The notes beneath the pieces were generated by a model that saw only the letters and a program-made list of their open reading frames with translations, ran no database searches and had not been told where the DNA came from. This document shows, piece by piece, positions 47,018-54,374 of a DNA stretch of 54,374 nucleotides. Position numbers and translations under genes: made by a program. The DNA comes from Octopus bimaculoides. Lineage: Eukaryota. The stretch spans positions 156,101,222 to 156,155,595 of the forward strand of contig NC_068981.1 in assembly GCF_001194135.2 (NCBI RefSeq), written 5' to 3'. The stretch's first letter is position 1. The number at the start of each line of letters is the position of its first letter.

Positions 47018-48788
47018 NNNNNNNNNNNNNNNNNNNNNNNNNNNNNNNNNNNNNNNNNNNNNNNNNNNNNNNNNNNNNNNNNNNNNNNNNNNNNNNNNNN
47101 NNNNNNNNNNNNNNNNNNNNNNNNNNNNNNNNNNNNNNNNNNNNNNNNNNNNNNNNNNNNNNNNNNNNNNNNNNNNNNNNNNNNNNNNNNNNNNNNNNNN
47201 NNNNNNNNNNNNNNNNNNNNNNNNNNNNNNNNNNNNNNNNNNNNNNNNNNNNNNNNNNNNNNNNNNNNNNNNNNNNNNNNNNNNNNNNNNNNNNNNNNNN
47301 NNNNNNNNNNNNNNNNNNNNNNNNNNNNNNNNNNNNNNNNNNNNNNNNNNNNNNNNNNNNNNNNNNNNNNNNNNNNNNNNNNNNNNNNNNNNNNNNNNNN
47401 NNNNNNNNNNNNNNNNNNNNNNNNNNNNNNNNNNNNNNNNNNNNNNNNNNNNNNNNNNNNNNNNNNNNNNNNNNNNNNNNNNNNNNNNNNNNNNNNNNNN
47501 NNNNNNNNNNNNNNNNNNNNNNNNNNNNNNNNNNNNNNNNNNNNNNNNNNNNNNNNNNNNNNNNNNNNNNNNNNNNNNNNNNNNNNNNNNNNNNNNNNNN
47601 NNNNNNNNNNNNNGATATATAGATACATGAAATTAAGAGTAGGAACATTCAATTTTTCTTATTTATTTGTCTTTCCCTCTCATACACTTTTTTGACGAGA
47701 ATTTATCATTAAAGTTAATGATTCCAATGTGTAACACAAGTTTTGTACTTGGGTAGCATCTGTTATATCCTCTTTGCTTACTCCAAGAAAGTATGAAAAA
47801 TGGCTAATATTTCCTTCAAACTTTGCTTTTCTTACATTTATTCAAACCTCAAAGAATCCCTCTCAACACAAGGCTATGATGCTCCCCCACTACTTCTGCT
47901 TATGATCAAAAATACACATGTTGTCAGCTATTAAGGGACATTCTCAAGTGGTCATGGTCAAGTAACTGACAAGCAAATCTGTGGTATAGAGCAGAATATT
48001 TACTATAACGATATTTCTACTTCAGCAACTCAGCACTGAATCTTTCTCAAATGTAATGGAAAATAGGTCAGTTTCAAAACAGTGATATCCAGGTCAAAAA
48101 GCAATGTTTGGAGGGAATAGTAGTCATTTCCTTTGATTTCTAGATAGAAGCAAATAGGAAATAACACTTACTGACCAAAGACAGAAAAAAAAAATTGTTA
48201 CAGTGTTATTTTCTCGTCGTTACGGAAGAAATTTTATGAATTTAATTATTTGGTGTCTGAAACATTCGCTACATGAACTATGTTATCCTTTACATAACCA
48301 TATGAAAACAAACTTCGTTTACATCCAAATGATGACCCACTGAAGCTGTTCAGTATTCAGAAAAGTTGACTGCTTACTTTATTTTTCGGCACGTTACTCT
48401 TAAACTGATAATCGGATAAGCGATAATAAAGACTTAATTAACAGTAATCTGCTGGCATTCCCCACTGTTAAAATTACACTTGAAGCTATCTTGAAGAACA
48501 TAAAGCCGTGATCATTTGTTTAAAAAACTGACTTCCAAAACCGTTTCCGACGCTTAATGTTGTAGCCGTTATTGTTTTTGTTGTTGTTGCAGCTGAAGCG
48601 CTGCTGCTGCTGCTGCTGCTTTTATAGGATGAGAAGCTTTCCAACCATAACCATCCCGCCATTTTTCAGCTTTTGTGTACATATAAAAACACATAGTCCA
48701 ACGTGTAATTAGAAAGTAATTATGTACATACATGCATACATACATGTGCGTATGTACGTATCTGTGTGTGTGTGTGCGTGTAAGATTA

Positions 48789-51002
48789 CACCGGTCAATA
48801 TATTTTTTTCTGACACAAGGTTTATCAATGGTTTTTAGCTAATTTTGGAGTGCTGAATCCAAATCTGGCTTCAGATTTTATCTATCACATCAGTTTTTGG
48901 AGATGAAATCTTTTAATTTTGCTAGAAACAGTTTTTTAAGTACTCATAAAAGAAGAATTAAACAATATTTAATAAACAATGTTTTTTTTTCTTAATATAA
49001 TAAATCGAAACAATGTTATGCGAGTAAATGCACATTAGCATGTAAGAATTAAGCTTGGTGATAGCAAAATATAAATACAAAATCTGTATTCATTGTGGTC
49101 ATTCACTCTGATCTTGTTATTACTGCAAGAATTTTTTGACGGTTTCTTGTGCACAGCTTCTGGAATGTCTCCCACCAAACTCCAGCAGTTATCTGCCATC
49201 ATGCTTGAGTCTCATCGGCCTTGGTAGCGTTCTTCCATTACTTTTGCGTCTTGGTGAAAGTGTTCACCTTGTTCTTCGCTAACATCACCCAAGTTCACTG
49301 GAAACTCATCCAAATGACTGTGTAAGTAGTACAATTTTCTGTTCATTTTATATCCAAGTGCTTGCAAGCTCAAGAGTAGCTCCTCCACAATCTCTTGATA
49401 GTTGTCAGCTTTCTTGTTCCCCAGGAAATTCCGCACCACATCACAGAAGGTATTCCAAGCTCTAACCTTCGCCGCACTCATTGTTGTAACAAAATGTGGA
49501 TCCCTGAGGAGTGTTCTTATTTGAGATCCATCAAATATTCCTGCATTCTTCTCGTCACTGAGACTTGGAAAAGTTCTACATACGTATCTGAAGTAGCCTC
49601 CACTGTGATCAAGAACTTTGATGAATTGCTTCATCTCATCAGGTTTTATGTGCAGTATGGGGAAGGGAAAAGATGATGTTTTTCGATTACCTGACGTCAA
49701 ACTGTTTCTTGGGGGCCATTCTTTTTCGCCCAATGATCCTTTGTAGCCCTGCTGTCTCAGTAGCATAGGAAACAAGGGTACTTAGTGTAACTTCCTTGCT
49801 GGCCTAGTAGAAAGTTTATCATTTTCAAATCGACACAAATTACCCATCCATAAACATGACATTGCAACCTCACGATAACAATTTTGATGTTGGCGGGCAT
49901 AGTCCTCTTTCATTTTTTTTATAGAGTGTCCTATTGGAATTGAGCCATACAAACTCCCGTTGTGAAGTAAAACACATTTCAAGCTGTATTTAGAGCTGTC
50001 AATAAAAAGTCTCCACTCACGTGAATCATATACCGGTAGTCCCATATTCAGAAAAAGCCCTTCAACATCATTACAATAAACAAGCCGACCATTTGAATAG
50101 AAGCACTTCCACAGTTCTGCTTCTCTGTTACTATAAAAGGACACCAGTGCCAGGTTTCAGTAGTCTTTTCTCTTGCAGCCTGGAAGCAAATAATTCAGCA
50201 GACCGCTTTGGCAAATACAAATCCCTGGCCTCATCATTCAATTCAGGCTGGCTAAAGAGAGAAAAATTATCACAGTCTCTATCAGATGGCATAAACTGTT
50301 CATCTTCATCAATAGTAGGTGAATTGAAGGTTTCATCATCAATTTGTGGTAGCTCAATAAATACAGTCACATGTATTTCCTGAGAATGAGCAACCGGTCG
50401 ACGGACAGATGGGATATCTGGTTTTCGTATTGAACCCTTTTACATTAACCCTTTTACATTTGGTTTTCGTATTGAACCCTTTTACATTAACAAGGCAGAA
50501 GTAGTAGTATTCCAAATGGTTTGTTGGTTCTCTCTGAACGATTGGCACACCAGCTTGAGCCAAGGTTTTGTCATGGTCTTCAAGTACTACTTTAAAGTAA
50601 GCAAGACGCACCTTCTTGACAAAGTTATTAATGCTGCGCCTTTGAGCCTGTGGAGTGAAGTTTCCACAGATGTAACAGAAAATATTGGGGGTCATTACAG
50701 CATTTCTTTCTTTTCGATGTTGTATCCATAACTAGATCACAGTGGTTCCGTTCACACCTGAAGAGAAAGGATTTTAACGAAAAACTCAGCTTGAACATAT
50801 TCAAAATTAGAATGACAATCCAGCCAAAATTCCTGCAAAATTCCGTATGATCGAGGTAAATAAGGGTATATACCGATGGCACGAAAATGTGATGTGATAG
50901 AGCAAATCTGAGGTCAGTTTTGGAATCAACACCCAAAAATTGGTCTAAAACAGCTCTAAGATTTTATACTAAAGAATAAAATATTTATTTTGTTGACCAG
51001 TG
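48789..51002 (-). mobile_element. Full-length Chapaev3-type (CMC superfamily) DNA transposon, 2214 bp
   Basis: Termini CACCGGTCAA…TTGACCAGTG, ~120-bp imperfect TIRs and 3-bp TTA TSD (48786-48788, 51003-51005), consistent with the CAC…GTG/TWA signature. Family name is from recalled motifs. Confidence 0.8.
49130..50750 (-). pseudogene. Frameshifted transposase of the Chapaev3-type element
   Basis: Overlapping ORFs 50354-50695 (FCYICG), 50131-50370, 49782-50144 (WRLFIDSSKYSLKCVLLHNG) and 49212-49775 (AGIFDGSQIR…YLHSHLDEFP.NLGDVSEEQGEHFHQD…EERYQG). Confidence 0.88.
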
Positions 51003-51009
51003 TTATAGT

Positions 51010-51950
51010 TTTCCAGAAGATACCATTTGCCATTTCTTCATCATGATTTTCATCCCTGTTTAACACGCAGCCAAGAAGTGAAGAAAGATATGCTTCATAG
51101 TTATTTTAGGATCCACACGAGATTTTGCAGTTGAAACTTTACATAGAATAACAATTTTATCAAAATTTGTTTAAGTTAAAAATTTCATTGACATGACATG
51201 TCACTTTCGCATGTAACACGTCAATTAAATTTTTCCCGAAGATTTTTAAAATGATTTTCATTGTGTGCGACGATATCACAGAGATCAATGTAAATGTGTT
51301 TTTTTTTTTCTCTTAATTTCTTTTTATCGGAAATATAAAAGTTGTAATTTAGATATAAACCATAGGTCGAATAACATGCTGGTTTTTGAAAACACTTGAA
51401 ATAACTATTATGAAATATAATACAAATAAAATAGGAGTTTACATTACGACTGGTTGAAAATCGGTTTGAACATTCTTCACCAGTACAAACATTCACATCA
51501 CTGTGAAAAGACTTGATAATATTTGTAAATTTATCAGGAAAACCGTTCTGGATTTTCCCATGTCAAAGTCGTTAGTAAAGTCAATGAGGCCATGATACCA
51601 GTCAAGCCTCTGATCAATGCATTTTCCTTGGAGGTGATGAGCGGAAAATATCATGTTTTAGGTTCATCGTTTAACGTGGGAACCTCGAATAGAAGGGATA
51701 TCATGAATAATTCTATTCGATATTTTCCCTACACAATCTGGCTTTATACAGGATTAGTAATTGTTGGGAAGCTGAAGTATTTTGGGATCTGAAGAGAAAG
51801 CCCAGTCTATGAAATGCGGTCCTATCTATTCAATGACGTGATTCTCTGTGAGAGATTTTCAGTGATAGCGAGGCCTAGCATTTTTGAGCGATCTTGTTGC
51901 ATGCAGTTCATGTTTAAGTGAAGTGAAATGCAATGATTTTTTTTTTCTTG
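51010..51950 (-). mobile_element. Old RTE-like LINE RT relic
   Basis: Minus-strand MIFSAHHLQGKCIDQ…LIDFTNDFD (cf. MIFTARQLQEKC…FIDLTKAFD). Confidence 0.55.
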
Positions 51951-52019
51951 ATATGAGCCCTGCTTGTAATTGTTGCTTTTGAAAGCGACAAGACTGGCAA
52001 AATATATTTGAGTTACGTG

Positions 52020-52440
52020 TGAATGTCTCCTGGATAGGTAAGGTTAGGGATGAAAAGTAGTATCAGCTTGTTAGAGAGAGTGCTGTAAAAGGGAACAGCA
52101 AAAGGGGAATTGATGCTTACAAGGAAGAATGTGAGGGATAGATATTAGCCCTGCTTTACAGAGAGTGGTTAAAAATAATCTCTATCAGCATAGTTTGCTA
52201 AAGTGCGATCTGACAGGAAGCTACCAATCCAAGACAGGAGAGACAAACGGAGTTTTAAGGTAAGTAGTCTTGACAGATTTACTTGACAGGAAGACTCGAA
52301 AGTTTCACTGATGCAGCGGGTAACAAGACTGCTTTCATAAAATATCCCTGCAATGAAAGACCACTGGTAAGCCGCGCAGAAAGTAGGTATCCAATAGAAC
52401 TAAGTTTTACGGAACCCGTAATGGTGCTCATTAAGGGGAG
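52020..52440 (-). mobile_element. Old Jockey/CR1-like LINE RT relic, similar in type to 27526-28450
   Basis: Minus-strand LNEHHYGFRK…LLSWIGSFLSDRTL…KQG.YLSLTFFLVSIN. Confidence 0.55.
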
Positions 52441-52507
52441 AGAGAGGGGGAGGCAGAGACAGAGACAGACAGATGGAGAGATATTATTAAGGCAAGTGTA
52501 TTTAAAG

Positions 52508-52710
52508 CGGCAAGCTGGCATAATTGGTAGCACGCCGGGCAAGATGCTTAGCGGCGTTTCGTTCGTTTTTACATCCTGGGTTCAAATGCCGCTGGGCTCG
52601 ACTTTGCCTTTCATCCTCTCGGGGTTAATAAAATAAGTACCAATTGAGCATTGGGGTCGATGTATTCGACTTAGCCCCTACTCTGAAATTTCTGGCCTAG
52701 TGCCAATATA
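52508..52710 (+). mobile_element. SINE family A copy; a degraded minus-strand copy follows at ~52922-53070
   Basis: Head GCGGCAAGCTGGCA, hairpin, GGGTTCAAAT and GTCGATGTATTCGACTT body. Confidence 0.78.
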
Positions 52711-53492
52711 ACATAAGCAAACATATACAGACTCTTACTAAGTAGACAACAGACAGGATTTTTGCCTAGCTTTAGTCTACTAGTTTACCCTGCTTTGCCT
52801 TGGGTCATCAGTCCTTTGATGGAGATGTACTGGTGCTGTTGTGGCACATGGCGTGTCTCGGGTATTTTTTTTTAGACTTTGCGGAGCATGTCCTTCTCTT
52901 AGGATGCACTCTTCCGTCGATTTCTTTCAAAGATAATAAAGTAAGTACTTTACTTACCGACTTCAAAAAGGTGAAAGGTAGTATAGACCTCGGTAGAGTT
53001 TGAACCAATAAGATAGAGTGCTGGAAATATTACCGCAAAGCAATCTAATCTGACGTTCTAATGATTCTGCTAAATGGCTACCTTAAACTTTTCATGTTGA
53101 TGTGCAAGTGTAGTTTTAGTAACAACAGTAAAGAGTAACATTTTGACATTTTAAAACGTCTTTCATTTTATTATCACATGATTTGTAAGTTGTTTTACAG
53201 AATGAGTTAAATGGCTTCTTTCTTTGAAAGCCTTGCTTATCTTAAATTTTTTCGAGACTATTACTTACATTCTAATGTAGAAGACTTGTGAAGGATGCGA
53301 AAAACAGTGCAAGTATGTTTAATGTAAGCTTGCATTAAAGAATTGTTGAGATCAGATTTCTGGGTAACGAGTCTCAAAGAAGAGACGACGAAAAACTATG
53401 ACCAAAAGCCTTGTACTGTTGGGCAGACTTTTATAAACCGTATCACCATGGGCAAAACAGAAGCTTAAATTTTGTTGACGTGTATACATACA

Positions 53493-53523
<31 letters not shown>

Positions 53524-54374
53524 GGCGTGCCAATCTGATGCCCTCACTTGCTGTGGGGAAGTTGTCTCCCTTGTCAGTACATAGAACTGTGCTTTGTTCG
53601 AGGCTAAAGAGTCTTTGACTCTTGTTTCTAGCAATGTTGGTGCTGCCCTGCACCCTTAGTCACTTTTAGTGACGGTTGACTTTTTCCATTTTGGTTTTAA
53701 ATTGCGTCTAGCCCTAAATCATTATATATATATACACACACACAGATATATATACGCGCACACACATTATATATATATACATACATACAAACATAAATAC
53801 ATACAAACATGCATACATAGATATGTCTGTGTGGGTTCTTGCAGGTTTATATAGCTTAACTCTTGTAATTAGACGTAATCTTTCAACTAAAATAGCTGGT
53901 GACCTGAATGAAAGAATAGCATAATTTTACACAGTTAATAACATTTCACTTCGATCCACCTAACAGAAAGAATTAAATATTTACTGATCTGATTTCGAAT
54001 GGCAGTCGCTGGATTATTAAAAAGATCAACGACTTTTTAGTTGAACACAAATCAACCAAAGTTGAAAGGAAATTTCGGAATTGTGATGATACAAAAGAAT
54101 AACTGTTGTATTTCCCTCGGAAGACTCGCAGAGATAACACAACGAGTTATACAAATTTAATTATTACATTTATTATTCAATTATATACAAAGAACGCACT
54201 CACCCAATGTTCGTTATGAATAAACAAAAGTCATGTCCGCCATACATATATCAATGACATTTTACTACGACAGTCACACAAGACAACAACAATGAAACAA
54301 TGAACTCAGACGAACCACAGTGACACACGGAACGTCAGACGAATTACATATCTAACAGTCCATATAACAATAAC

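Noticed and set aside
54104-54374. Possible LTR starting TGTTGTA at the window end
   Set aside because: Cut by the window edge; no second terminus, PBS or partner to test.

Overview
AT-rich, repeat-saturated eukaryotic DNA from a gapped short-read assembly (7 N-gaps). The SINE and microsatellite repertoire looks like a coleoid cephalopod (Octopus-like); that assignment is inference. No host protein-coding gene can be supported. The dominant structure is a ~15.8-kb foldback (2018-17815). It has ~490-500-bp inverted terminal arms bounded by TA, enclosing only a CpG-dense tetranucleotide satellite (CGTT/CGTA) that switches strand polarity at ~13630, with five near-perfect 40-bp repeats at the switch. 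This structure sits in a nest of (TAA)n-flanked R4/Dong-like LINE copies. Next come two minus-strand Ty3/Gypsy relics, each with an in-frame pol deletion, a Penelope RT relic, a young 5'-truncated RTE LINE with a 16-bp TSD, and old LINE relics. The right half holds many tRNA-derived SINEs of at least four families, two mariner-derived MITEs, a probable solo LTR, two further inverted-repeat pairs, Penelope GIY-YIG relics and a full-length Chapaev3-type DNA transposon (48789-51002, TTA TSD) with a frameshifted transposase. All alignments were done by eye; family names come from recognised motifs, not database searches.
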